Assembly (NCBI GenBank): GCA_040766265.1
Contig: JAXGQW010000015.1
Coordinates: forward strand, 14,711-78,710
Source of the DNA: Verrucomicrobiota bacterium
Lineage (GTDB): Bacteria > Verrucomicrobiota > Verrucomicrobiia > Limisphaerales > J093
DNA: 64,000 nt
Reading direction: 5' to 3'
In this document: positions 46,640 to 56,964 of the stretch, one piece after another
Position numbering within the stretch: the first letter of the stretch is position 1
Layout: every line of letters starts with the position of its first letter
Translations under genes and position numbers: made by a program
The notes under the pieces: generated by a model
What the model was told of the DNA's origin: nothing
Seen by the model: only the letters and a program-made list of their open reading frames with translations
Database searches by the model: none

Positions 46640-49474
46640 TCACCCTTCAGGCTTTCCCGCCGCCACCCACGCCATGACGGTTGTGCCCTGGCCAGGCGCG
46701 CTCTCGATCTCGAGTTCGCCGCCAATCAACTGAACTCGTTCACGCATGCTCGCCAAACCGAGGCTGGGGTGATCGCGTTGGGCGACCCGATTAAAGCCGC
46801 AGCCATCATCCTGCACTGCCAATTGCAGCCCCCCATCCAGACCGTGCAGCGCGATCTTCACGACGCTGGCGTGGGCGTGGCGCACGACATTTCGTAACGC
46901 TTCCTGGACAACCCGGAACACGCAGAGCGCCGCCTCGGGCGAAAGCGATTCGGGGACATCCCGCACCGTGACTTCGATGGGGAGGGAATGGTGGTGTTGG
47001 AAGCGCTCGGCTTCCGCTTTGATTGCCGCCGCGACGCCAAGGTCCTCGATGATCGAAGGGTGCAGCCGATACGAGAGGGCGTGCACATCCTCGCTTAACC
47101 GGATCAGTTCCTCGCGCACTGATCGAGCCGTTTCCCTGGGCGGCGGCCCTGAAGTCCCGGTCTCGGCTCGCCCGACATCGATGGCCAAGCGCGCCAGGCG
47201 CTGCGTGATGTCGTCGTGCAATTCGCGGGCCAGTCGTGAGCGCTCTTCTTCCTGCGTGCGGATCAGGCGTGCGCTGAACGCACGCAGCGCCTCCTGGTCC
47301 CGCTTCCGCTCCGTCACGTCACGCACAATGGCCCACATCGCCTCGGGTCGGCCGGACTCATCGCGGATGAGAAACGTGCGCAACTCCACCGGGAACACGG
47401 CCCCGTCCTTGCGCCGATACTCCTTCTCGTAGACGTCCGAGTATCCGCGAGTCAGGACCTGGTCGCGAATGATGCCAGCCTCCGTCGTTTGCCATCGTTC
47501 GGGCGTCAAGTCCGGGTACGTGAGCCGGCGCAGTTCTTCGTCCGAATAACCCAACATTTCCTTGAAAACGCCGTTGAAGTCGCGGATCCGCCCGGTCATA
47601 TCAACGCTCACAAACGCCTCCCGCATGCTCTCATGCAGAGTTCGGTAGCGCCGTTCGCTCTCGCGCAAACTCTGATCCGCCTGCTGCCGCTCCAGAGCAT
47701 TGGCGAAGATCTGGGCGACCAGTTGCAGGTGCTGCACGAGCGTGTGCGTCCACTCGCGGTTCGCCTGGGTGTCGTTGAAGGCAAGGAGTCCGATGGGTGG
47801 CCGGCCGCCGATCGACAACGGGAGATGCAATACCGTCTTGAGGCCGAAATGGCGCCACACCTCCAAATCGCGGGCCGCCTCCGCCGGCACTTCGTTCATG
47901 GACAAGGCCACAACTCGGCCAGCCTTGAGCTGCCGCAGCGCCCAGGGAAAGTGCTCTCGGGCCTCGAACCGTTCGGGAGTTGCTGGACCGGGGAAGCGCC
48001 GGTAGATGTGCGTCATGACCAGGGTTTCCGAATCGTCAGGCGCCCATTGCCAGAGCGTGGATATATCCAATCCGAGACACTCGCAGACCCGGCGTTGGGC
48101 GTCCTCGATCATGCGGCCAATTTGGCCGGAAGGCATGTTCACAAACCTCGACGACAGATCAGCGATCAGCGCCGCCACCGCCTCCCCTTGGCGGCGTTTG
48201 GCCCGATTCATCAGCAAGCCGACGATCAACGCGGCTTGCATGGCGGCAAACAGGGTCCCTCCGGAAACCAGCCACCAATAACGCTCCCAAAGGCCGGGCT
48301 CGCGGAAACGCACAACGCTGCCGGCGGGCAACCGCGCCTCGCTGATGCCCCAGCGGCGGAGTTCCCGCCAGTCGAATTGCGGGGGACCCGGCTCCTGCGG
48401 AGGGGGCCGAATGCTGTCCGGGGCCTCTCCGTGAAGGATGCGCGCCGCAACCCTCGCCGTGCTCCGGCTCAGCGCCCCGATGTCCATGACCGGTCCGCCC
48501 ACGATTCCCCGACCCAGTTGGGTATCATGGAGACCGAACAAAGGCGCACTGGCGACATCATGCAAGTGGGTCAAGACGCTTTCCTGCCAGAGAGGAACAC
48601 CATCCACATCCACGACCAGAAGCGGGCAGAAGATCGCGGAGCGTGGGGGAAGCGTCCCGCAGCGTTTGAGTATTTCCGGAAAGGGGAGATCGTTCAGCCA
48701 CAGGAAGCCGACTTGATTGGTGAAGCCATGAGAGACGCGCTGGATTTCGCTGAGCCAGAATCTCTCGAGCGGGCTGTTGCCAATCACCACCGCGATATTC
48801 GTGGTCTGAGGGAGCAGATCGACGATGTTCTGGAGCATCCAGGACGGTCTATTCCGTACCAGCGCTGCGGTGTCCTGAGTCGTCAGCACGGTTTGTTGGA
48901 CATGCCGCTCGTCGGTCGCGGCAATCAGCATTGGCGTGTTTGGGAACAGCGCTTGCCTATGACCTTGGGCAAACCGGGTCGCCGGCCCACCAATCGGCAC
49001 CACCAAGTCCAACCGCCGTCCGGAGAACAGGGCCAGCAAATAGTCCACCAACGGTTCTTCCTGTATTGTGTCGCCGGAACGAGCGGACTCGATGGACACC
49101 TCGAAAAGGTCCAGCGGCTCGGGCGATCGACTGACCAGTTCCGCGCGGAAGATCCCCGAGAAGGCGTTGAAGGGGGGAAAGTCGCGGTCAAACGAGTGGA
49201 TCAGCAGCACCCGCCTCGGTTCGGCTGCGGTCGCGCTCACGATCGCCAACGCCAGCGTCAACCATCCGAAAAGCGCGTGAAGGTTCGCTCGCACGCAGGA
49301 CACTCGCCCGTGCCTCTTGCCTCCGCTGATCACTGTTTGCCAGGCGCGGGCTCGCGGCGCGATGATACCCGAAAACGCTGCTCCCGACGTTGTCCGGCCC
49401 CTGGTCTGAGTGACACGGACGCAACAGACGCCAACCACGCTGTTCGTCGGACGAATCGTAGACGAGACGTTCAT
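46640..49474 (-). CDS. hybrid-architecture sensor histidine kinase (periplasmic solute-binding-like domain, TM, GAF, PAS, HisKA_3, HATPase_c)
   Basis: RRVLLIHSFDRDFPPFNAF... (ABC substrate-binding-like sensor), PAS (ERRYRTLHESMREAFVSVD), EEERSRLARELHDDITQRLA (HisKA_3 H-box), GGELEIESAPGQGTTVMAWV. The exact start is uncertain. Confidence 0.9.
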   Translation of the reverse strand: MNVSSTIRPTNSVVGVCCVRVTQTRGRTTSGAAFSGIIAPRARAWQTVISGGKRHGRVSCVRANLHALFGWLTLALAIVSATAAEPRRVLLIHSFDRDFPPFNAFSGIFRAELVSRSPEPLDLFEVSIESARSGDTIQEEPLVDYLLALFSGRRLDLVVPIGGPATRFAQGHRQALFPNTPMLIAATDERHVQQTVLTTQDTAALVRNRPSWMLQNIVDLLPQTTNIAVVIGNSPLERFWLSEIQRVSHGFTNQVGFLWLNDLPFPEILKRCGTLPPRSAIFCPLLVVDVDGVPLWQESVLTHLHDVASAPLFGLHDTQLGRGIVGGPVMDIGALSRSTARVAARILHGEAPDSIRPPPQEPGPPQFDWRELRRWGISEARLPAGSVVRFREPGLWERYWWLVSGGTLFAAMQAALIVGLLMNRAKRRQGEAVAALIADLSSRFVNMPSGQIGRMIEDAQRRVCECLGLDISTLWQWAPDDSETLVMTHIYRRFPGPATPERFEAREHFPWALRQLKAGRVVALSMNEVPAEAARDLEVWRHFGLKTVLHLPLSIGGRPPIGLLAFNDTQANREWTHTLVQHLQLVAQIFANALERQQADQSLRESERRYRTLHESMREAFVSVDMTGRIRDFNGVFKEMLGYSDEELRRLTYPDLTPERWQTTEAGIIRDQVLTRGYSDVYEKEYRRKDGAVFPVELRTFLIRDESGRPEAMWAIVRDVTERKRDQEALRAFSARLIRTQEEERSRLARELHDDITQRLARLAIDVGRAETGTSGPPPRETARSVREELIRLSEDVHALSYRLHPSIIEDLGVAAAIKAEAERFQHHHSLPIEVTVRDVPESLSPEAALCVFRVVQEALRNVVRHAHASVVKIALHGLDGGLQLAVQDDGCGFNRVAQRDHPSLGLASMRERVQLIGGELEIESAPGQGTTVMAWVAAGKPEG

Positions 49475-49650
49475 TGCCCGTGGCGGCCACGGCCCATCCT
49501 CTCAGGGCCCCGCTGGATGAAACCCCGCTCGGCGTCCTCCTCCCGCAACCAATTCGGGAGTTGACTCAAGAGCAAGAGTCCTCGACTGGCGCCAACCGGC
49601 GCGGACTGGCCTGCTAACGTTGGTGCTGACTGTGGACAAGACGAAGACGG

Positions 49651-52600
49651 TCATTTGATTTCTTTGACCGTGACCAAGCCGACGTCGATGTATTGGCCAC
49701 CGTCGGTCTGGCGGCAGTGGACGGCGATGGTGTTGGGGCCTGTTGTGAGGGCAGCCTTCGCCTGGGGCGTGAGCGGCGCGGTTTCGTAGGCCGTCGTGTA
49801 GCCGGAGAGTTGGAGCGCCAGCACGCCGTTGAGATAGACCTCGGCATCCTCGTCATGGTGGATGAAGAACTGCACGTCCTGGCCGGCGATGTCCGGCAGC
49901 GTGAACTGGCGTCGCAGCCAAATGTTCGGGCTGTTCCACTCGGTCCGCACCCGGGCGCCCGGGGTGCCGCGCGTGCCGAATCCGCTCTGTCCCTGCTTCC
50001 AGGCGGAATCGTCGAAGTCCGGTTTCTCCCAATCTTGTCCCGGACGTGATGTTGTATAGCGCCACGGCTGGCCCGTCCGCTCGCCGGTTGGCACGGCTTC
50101 CGTCACAATGGGCGCCTTGGGCATGGGCGCCCAGTTGGAGGCCTTGGTTGTGTCGCGTCGGGCATGTTTTCTCCAGACGGCATTGTCGTGGAGCATCTGG
50201 GCGAACACGCCGCCGATCACGGGGCGGGCGGTGAAGCCGACCTTGCGCGCCGTTTTCGTCTGGTACCAGTCGGTGAGAGGCGAGCGATCCGGCGTTTCGT
50301 TCATGAAGAGGAAAACCGGGTCGGTCAGAGCCTCGAAGTCGGCGCGGTTCTGGGTGAGCGTCGCGGTCCAGGTGATCCAATCGAGCTTGGTATAGGTCTG
50401 ACGATTATCGAGCGGCAGACCGTAGCGATTCTGGATCTTCTTGTAGAAGTCCATTTCCTTGCGCATGACCTCGGCTGGGAACAGGTCGAGGCCGAGGATG
50501 CGGTCCCACATGAGATTGTACTTCTGGCTCCAGGTGCCGGGACGATCGAATGCGAGCCGGAACTTCTCGCCGTCGTCGGCCTCCTTGACCCAGCGCGCCG
50601 CGAACTCCTTGGCCAGCTTCAGGTATTCGCCGGCCTTGGCGTTGTCGCCGCGGGCCGCGCAGAGCTTGGCGAAGGCACCCAAGCCACAGATGGCCTTGGC
50701 GCTGAGATTGACGTTGTGGGCGAGATGTCCGGCAAAATCATCGGTGCAGAGTTGGTTCTCCGGATCGAAGCCCTTGTCTTTGAGGTAGGCGGCCCAACGT
50801 TCGAGTTGGGGCCAGTAGAGATCGGCGAAGTCGGCGTTGCCCTCCATCTGGGCGACGGCGCCGAAGAGCAGGAGCAGGTTGCCGCTCTCCTCGACCGGCA
50901 TCTGATTGTTCTCGCCCCGCTCGCCGTCGCCGTACACCTGACCGTTGGCGTGCGGGTAGGTGCCGATGTCGTGCGGCGCAAAGGGGAACTTCCAGCGCTC
51001 GCTCGCCGCGTAATTCATGAACGGCACGAGGAACGACTTCGCCAGCGACGGCCCGAAGAGCAAGAACTGCGGGGACATCGGGTAGAAGACATCCGAAGTG
51101 CCGATGCAGCCATTCGAGTGGTTTTCTTTGCTGAATTGCAGCGGCTGGCCATTGGCGTCGGCCACGAATTTGCCAGCGGCAAAGCACTGGCGATAGGCGA
51201 GCGCGCACAGCTTCGCGTACTTCTCGCCGCCGGCGCGTTCGAGATCGGCCATCAATTCCTTGTCGAAACTGTCGCATTGGGCGGCGAGGGTCTCGAATTC
51301 CCGGTTGGCGGCCTGCAGCAGGTCGGACGCTTCCCAGCCGTTCCGCCGCCAATACGGCCGCAGATTCTTCTTCATGTACTGAATCGAGAAGAGGTCGTCG
51401 TAAGCAAGAATGAGGCGCTCGGCGTCGCCTTCGGTCCCGACGCCGCGCAGCCGGAAAGTCATGGCGGCCACGGGCTGGTCGTCGTTGGCGGGGCGCGGTT
51501 GGCGCGCATCCATGGCCTCGGGGAGTGACCCGCTCCGCACGAAGGCGGCGCGCGTCGCCGAGGCCGGGGCGACGACGGCCTGCTGAACGCGTCCGGAGTC
51601 CGCCGCGGTGTACAGGTAACCCCAGTCAATGCGGAGGTCGTCGCCTTTCTTGGCCAGGACGGGCTGGTCCTTCGAGCCGACCTTGAGCGCGACGAGAGGA
51701 CCGAACGTCTCCTTTGACCAAACCACGGCCTGGGCCGGGTCGTTGACCGTCAATTCGGCGGAGGCGTCGAAGTAGATTGCGACGTCGTGCTTCCGGCCAT
51801 CGAGCGATTTGACGCCCCAGACCAGGTACGTGACCGGGCGTGAGAGCACGTCGATGTTGTGCGGCAGCGCGGGGGTGAGGAACATCAGCACAAGCTCGGC
51901 GCCGCCGCCCCGGAATGTGTAGGCGGTGCGCGTCGGCAGGACCGCCAGGTCGACCTGATCGAGTGCAGGCACGCCGGCGGGGCTTGCGCCCATGACCCGG
52001 TACGGCTTGCCATCGATCCGGATCAAGCTGGTGAGCCGATGCGGCTTGCCGGTCCAGTGGGTCGTGTCCTCATCCGTCAGCCGATCGGCGGGGGACCAGA
52101 TGCTGAAGTAAGGGTCGCAGGCGACAAGGGGCGTGGCTGGCGGGACCAGGGCGGACCCTTGGGCGCGGCGCGGCGGCGGCGGCGTGTAGACCGTCAGGTT
52201 CGCGGCGCGGATGGCGGCTTCGTCGAGTTTCACGACGGCACGGTCGTAGGTCATGAGGCCGTTGACCTCGATCTCGACATCGGTGGTTTGGGTATAGACG
52301 GCGGCGGCGAGGCCCGGCTCGCCTGTCAGCGGGCGGAGTTTGCGGATGAGGGCGATGTAGGCATCAGTGAGATCATCGGAGTTCTTGTAGCTGCGGTAAC
52401 CCCAGTTCTTTTCGTCCTGCCAGGTGTGTCCCTTAAGCGGGAGGCCCAGGCCGCCGAACTCGCCCAGGACACCGGCGCGCTTCTCCTCGATTCGCGGCGC
52501 GGCTGGGCCGGGGTAGCTGTGGATGTCCATGACGTCGCCGACCTTGCGATCCGTCCAGCCGCTGGCGTTGTTGACGAGGCGGGTTGGATCCCAGGACCTG

Positions 52601-54006
52601 ATCAGATCGACGATGCGGGGTGTATCCCATTGGCCCCAACCTTCGTTGTAGGGCACCCACATGACGATGCTCGGGTGGTTGTAGAATCCGTCGACGAGCG
52701 CCTTGAGTTCGGTTTCGAAGTTGCGAGCCGACTCGGGCGAGCGGGTGATGTCGGGATCCGATCCGCCGATGTACTTGTCGCCGCTGGGCATGTCCTGCCA
52801 GACGAGGAGGCCGAGTCGATCGCACCAGTAGTACCAGCGCGCCGGCTCGATCTTGACGTGTTTGCGGGCCATGTTGAACCCGAGCCGTTTCGTCATCTCG
52901 ATGTCGTAGCGCAACGCCTCATCCGTCGGCGCGGTGTACAATCCATCGGGCCAGAATCCCTGATCGAGCGGGCCGAACTGGAACAACGGCTTGTTGTTGA
53001 GACCGAGTCGGAGCGTGCCGTTGGCGTCCTTGACCAGCGAGGTCTTGCGCATTCCGAAGTAGGACTCGACCTGGTCGGTCGTGGTGCCGTTGTGCGATAC
53101 GGTGAGCTTGAGCCCGTAGAGAAAGGGCGTGTCCGGTGTCCAGAGGCGGGCATCTTTCACCTCGAGTTCGAGGCTCGGCGCCAGCGGGCCCGCGGCGGCG
53201 CGGTTTTTTTCTCCGATCGCGCCGCTGGCGACGGTCTGGGCGCCATCCTGGATTTCCGCCTTCACCGACACGTCGCCCGTGCCGCCCACGAGCTTGAAGT
53301 CAAGCCGGACCGCGCCGGCATCGACATCGGGAGTGATCCGGACCGCATCGAGATGGGTGGCGGCCACCGGCTCGATCCAGACCGTCTGCCAGATCCCGCT
53401 GGTGGGCGTGTACCAGATGCCGTGCGGATTGCGGATCTGTTTGCCGCGCGGCTGGTAACCGGCGTCGGTCGGGTCCCAGACCGCAACGACGATTTCCTGC
53501 TCCGCGCCCGGTTTGAGGGCGGAGGTCATGTCGAACTTGAACGCGTCGTATCCGCCGCGATGGCGCCCCAGTTCCTGGCCGTTGACCCACACGGTTGCTT
53601 CCCAATCCACGGCGCCAAAGTGGAGCAGCGCCTGCTTGCCTTTCCAGGCGTCGGGCACCTGGAACGTCCGGCGATACCAGAGCCGCTGATTCTCGCCCAG
53701 GCGCTTCATAACGCCCGAGAGCGCCGATTCGAGCGGATAGGGGACGAGGATCTGGCCGTCCCATACGGCGGGTCGCGATGCGTCTTTGTCGACAATCGCA
53801 TAGTCCCAGAGGCCGTTGAGATTGAGCCAATCCGCGCGTTTCAACTGCGGGCGGGGGTATTCCGGCAAAGCGTTTTGGGGCGACACATCCTTGGCCCAGC
53901 GCGTCATCAAAGGGCCGCGCGCTGGCTGCCAATCGGCGGCGTGCGGTGTGATCAGGCCGGCCAGGGAACCGAGTGTGAGCAGAAACACAGTGGCGAGCTT
54001 TATCAT
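49651..54006 (-). CDS. 1451-aa secreted fusion: GH2 glycosidase, glutaminase-like DUF5127/DUF4965/DUF1793 module, C-terminal beta-sandwich
   Basis: Signal MIKLATVFLLTLGSLAGLITPHA. GH2 N-terminus (EYPRPQLKRADWLNLNGLWDY..., WYRRTF, GGYDAFKFD). Middle LVACDPYFSIWSPADRLTDEDTTHWTGKPHRLTSLIRIDGKPYRVMG (DUF5127/4965 pattern). C-terminal galactose-binding-like DWEKPDFDDSAWKQG. ATG 54006 is in frame within the track ORF. Confidence 0.85.
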   Translation of the reverse strand: MIKLATVFLLTLGSLAGLITPHAADWQPARGPLMTRWAKDVSPQNALPEYPRPQLKRADWLNLNGLWDYAIVDKDASRPAVWDGQILVPYPLESALSGVMKRLGENQRLWYRRTFQVPDAWKGKQALLHFGAVDWEATVWVNGQELGRHRGGYDAFKFDMTSALKPGAEQEIVVAVWDPTDAGYQPRGKQIRNPHGIWYTPTSGIWQTVWIEPVAATHLDAVRITPDVDAGAVRLDFKLVGGTGDVSVKAEIQDGAQTVASGAIGEKNRAAAGPLAPSLELEVKDARLWTPDTPFLYGLKLTVSHNGTTTDQVESYFGMRKTSLVKDANGTLRLGLNNKPLFQFGPLDQGFWPDGLYTAPTDEALRYDIEMTKRLGFNMARKHVKIEPARWYYWCDRLGLLVWQDMPSGDKYIGGSDPDITRSPESARNFETELKALVDGFYNHPSIVMWVPYNEGWGQWDTPRIVDLIRSWDPTRLVNNASGWTDRKVGDVMDIHSYPGPAAPRIEEKRAGVLGEFGGLGLPLKGHTWQDEKNWGYRSYKNSDDLTDAYIALIRKLRPLTGEPGLAAAVYTQTTDVEIEVNGLMTYDRAVVKLDEAAIRAANLTVYTPPPPRRAQGSALVPPATPLVACDPYFSIWSPADRLTDEDTTHWTGKPHRLTSLIRIDGKPYRVMGASPAGVPALDQVDLAVLPTRTAYTFRGGGAELVLMFLTPALPHNIDVLSRPVTYLVWGVKSLDGRKHDVAIYFDASAELTVNDPAQAVVWSKETFGPLVALKVGSKDQPVLAKKGDDLRIDWGYLYTAADSGRVQQAVVAPASATRAAFVRSGSLPEAMDARQPRPANDDQPVAAMTFRLRGVGTEGDAERLILAYDDLFSIQYMKKNLRPYWRRNGWEASDLLQAANREFETLAAQCDSFDKELMADLERAGGEKYAKLCALAYRQCFAAGKFVADANGQPLQFSKENHSNGCIGTSDVFYPMSPQFLLFGPSLAKSFLVPFMNYAASERWKFPFAPHDIGTYPHANGQVYGDGERGENNQMPVEESGNLLLLFGAVAQMEGNADFADLYWPQLERWAAYLKDKGFDPENQLCTDDFAGHLAHNVNLSAKAICGLGAFAKLCAARGDNAKAGEYLKLAKEFAARWVKEADDGEKFRLAFDRPGTWSQKYNLMWDRILGLDLFPAEVMRKEMDFYKKIQNRYGLPLDNRQTYTKLDWITWTATLTQNRADFEALTDPVFLFMNETPDRSPLTDWYQTKTARKVGFTARPVIGGVFAQMLHDNAVWRKHARRDTTKASNWAPMPKAPIVTEAVPTGERTGQPWRYTTSRPGQDWEKPDFDDSAWKQGQSGFGTRGTPGARVRTEWNSPNIWLRRQFTLPDIAGQDVQFFIHHDEDAEVYLNGVLALQLSGYTTAYETAPLTPQAKAALTTGPNTIAVHCRQTDGGQYIDVGLVTVKEIK

Positions 54007-54055
54007 GGGCGCAGTTTCGCTTTGGCGGGGGCGTTCGTCGAGCGCGAATCCACTG

Positions 54056-54087
54056 CCCCCGCAGGGTTGTTCCCCCGCAGGGTTGTT
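54056..54087. repeat. perfect tandem duplication of the 16-mer CCCCCGCAGGGTTGTT
   Basis: Read directly: copies at 54056-54071 and 54072-54087, in the 121-bp divergent intergenic region between the GH2 fusion and the GT4 gene. Confidence 0.9.
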
Positions 54088-54127
54088 CTTGCCGGGGAAC
54101 GGCTTTCTGGCGCACCGTGTCGCGCCG

Positions 54128-55240
54128 ATGCGGTTTCTGATGTTGAATTGGCGGGATCCGAAAAACCCGCTGGCGGGGGGTGCCGAGCGCGTCACTGCCG
54201 GATACCTTTCCGCATTGAAGCAGCGCGGGCACGAGGTGTTCTGGTTTGCCAACCATTTCCCCGGCGCGGCCATCGAGGAAACCGTCGAGGGCATCCCGGT
54301 CGTGCGGGGAGGCGGCAAGGGGAGTTCGGTTCTGGCCGCCCGGCGATGGTATCGGCGGCAGCGTCCGTTTGACCTGGTGATCGACCAGCATCACGGGATT
54401 CCGTGGTACGCGCCGTGGTGGTCGCGCACGCGGTGTGTGGCGTACATTCACGAGGTGCTGGGGCCGATCTGGGACGTGTTCTACAACTGGCCCTGGTCGG
54501 CCATCGGCAAGTGGCAGGAACGTCGGACGCTCTGGCTCTACCGGAATGTGCAATTCTGGACGGCCTCGGCCTCGACAAAGACCATTCTGTCCGAGATCGG
54601 CGTTCGGCACGTTCAGCTCATTCCCTACGGCGTCCATACGACAGCCATCCCGGAACTCGAATCGAAACCGATCGAGCAACCTGTGCGCCTGGTCATGGTG
54701 TCACGGCTCGCACCGAATAAACGGGTCGACCATGGCATTCGGGCTTTGCGATGCCTGGCCGACCGGGGCATCCGAGCGACGCTGAATATCGTGGGGGCGG
54801 GCGACATGGAACCGGCGTTGCGGGCTCTGACCTCGGAGTTGAGCGTGGGCGGGCTAGTGCGTTTTTCAGGGCCGCTGTCCGAAGCGGCGAAGGATGCTGC
54901 GTTGCGAGAGGCTCATTTGCTCTTGCACGCTTCACTGCGCGAGGGGTGGGGGCTGAATATCATCGAAGCCAACGCCATGGGCACACCCGCCGTCGTCTAT
55001 CCTGTCGCCGGGCTGATCGAGGCCACGGTGCAGGATCAGACGGGGCGCGTGGCGGACTCGGAATGCCCGGAGGCACTCGCGGATGCCGTGCAGCGGTGCG
55101 TCGAAGCGCCGGCGGATTATCAACGGTATCGCCGTTGCGCGTGGGAGCGGGCCAAGACCTTTCACTGGAGCCAAGTGCTGCCAAGGGCATGCGATTGGCT
55201 CGAGGCACGGGCTAACGCGCATGAGTGCACCTCTCGATGA
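54128..55240 (+). CDS. glycosyltransferase family 4 (GT-B)
   Basis: MRFLMLNWRDPKNPLAGGAERV... and the EX7E region REGWGLNIIEANAMGTPAVVY. The last 9 codons (ANAHECTSR) and the stop are encoded by repeat unit E. Confidence 0.88.
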   Translation: MRFLMLNWRDPKNPLAGGAERVTAGYLSALKQRGHEVFWFANHFPGAAIEETVEGIPVVRGGGKGSSVLAARRWYRRQRPFDLVIDQHHGIPWYAPWWSRTRCVAYIHEVLGPIWDVFYNWPWSAIGKWQERRTLWLYRNVQFWTASASTKTILSEIGVRHVQLIPYGVHTTAIPELESKPIEQPVRLVMVSRLAPNKRVDHGIRALRCLADRGIRATLNIVGAGDMEPALRALTSELSVGGLVRFSGPLSEAAKDAALREAHLLLHASLREGWGLNIIEANAMGTPAVVYPVAGLIEATVQDQTGRVADSECPEALADAVQRCVEAPADYQRYRRCAWERAKTFHWSQVLPRACDWLEARANAHECTSR

Positions 55241-55355
55241 CATCGGCTCCGCGTTCTTCAGAAGTTGAAGAGAAATGCGCGTTAGCCCGCATTTCTCACC
55301 AACTTTTGACGTCATCTGACCGGTCACCGTCACATTTCACCTGAAATGCGGGCTC
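55211..55355 (+). repeat. palindromic units E (55211..55286) and A-prime (55282..55355), sharing TTAGC
   Basis: E: GCTAACGCGCAT...ATGCGCGTTAGC (12-bp perfect stem). A-prime: TTAGCCCGCATTTC...GAAATGCGGGCT. Confidence 0.8.
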
Positions 55356-55356
55356 A

Positions 55357-56440
<1,084 letters not shown>

Positions 56441-56551
56441 CTACTAGAGCTTTGCACGCGCACGGGCAAGCTTGGTCCCGAAGAGAGAGCGTGCGCCATG
56501 GCCCTACTAGAGCGAATCGCATCGATGCTGGGTGGCTTGGGCTCGCGCTGA
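56441..56551 (+). pseudogene. C-terminal remnant of a four-helix-bundle (23S rRNA IVS / Avd-like) protein gene, apparent 3' exon of the intron
   Basis: LLELCTRTGKLGPEERACAMALLERIASMLGGLGSR* fits the family C-terminus pattern (..LL.l...lgyl..ee...l...leei.kML.GLi.sl) recalled from memory. No upstream exon is present. Confidence 0.45.
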
Positions 56552-56571
56552 TCGAACAGAGCCTGCCGGAC

Positions 56572-56602
56572 GATGAAGTGTGCGATGAAGTGTGCGATGA
56601 AG
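56572..56602. repeat. 12-bp tandem repeat GATGAAGTGTGC x2.6
   Basis: Read directly. Confidence 0.8.
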
Positions 56603-56733
56603 ATCCTGCAACCACATCGACAAGCATCGAGAATGTCCAAACTCTTGGCGCGGACTCACGTCCGCGGCTACGCAACCACGATTCATGGGCAGCGCTGACA
56701 TTTAAGGGTTCGATGCGCACGGCCATGAACCAG

Positions 56734-56866
56734 AAACGTGCAACGCTCAACGCTCAACGTGCAACGCTCAACGCTCAACGTTCAACGCTCAACGCTCAAC
56801 GCTCAACGCTCAACGCTCAACGTTCAACGTGCAACGCTCAACGCTCAACGTTCAACGTTGAACACT
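56734..56866. repeat. heptanucleotide tandem array, ~19 units of CAACGCT (variants CAACGTT, CAACGTG)
   Basis: Read directly: 17 clean units from 56741 to 56859 plus degenerate flanking units. It ends in the 14-bp perfect palindrome GTTCAACGTTGAAC (56850-56863). Lies 99 nt upstream of the ATG at 56965. Confidence 0.95.
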
Positions 56867-56964
56867 CCTCACTCTCCACTCCATTCTTTGCTCGCGGTTG
56901 ACGGGCGCACGGCAAGTGTGGAATTCTCGGTCGATCGAAGCTCAACTGGAAAGGGGCAAAGACT

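Noticed and set aside
47489-54679. Large ORFs 47489..49564 (+), 51859..54372 (+), 50164..51528 (+), 53300..54679 (-)
   Set aside because: Antisense or out-of-frame relative to the histidine kinase and GH2-fusion genes. Their composition is typical of GC-rich shadow ORFs.
56734-56866. Possible CRISPR array
   Set aside because: The units are 7 bp with no spacers, so this is a simple tandem repeat. No cas genes are in the window.
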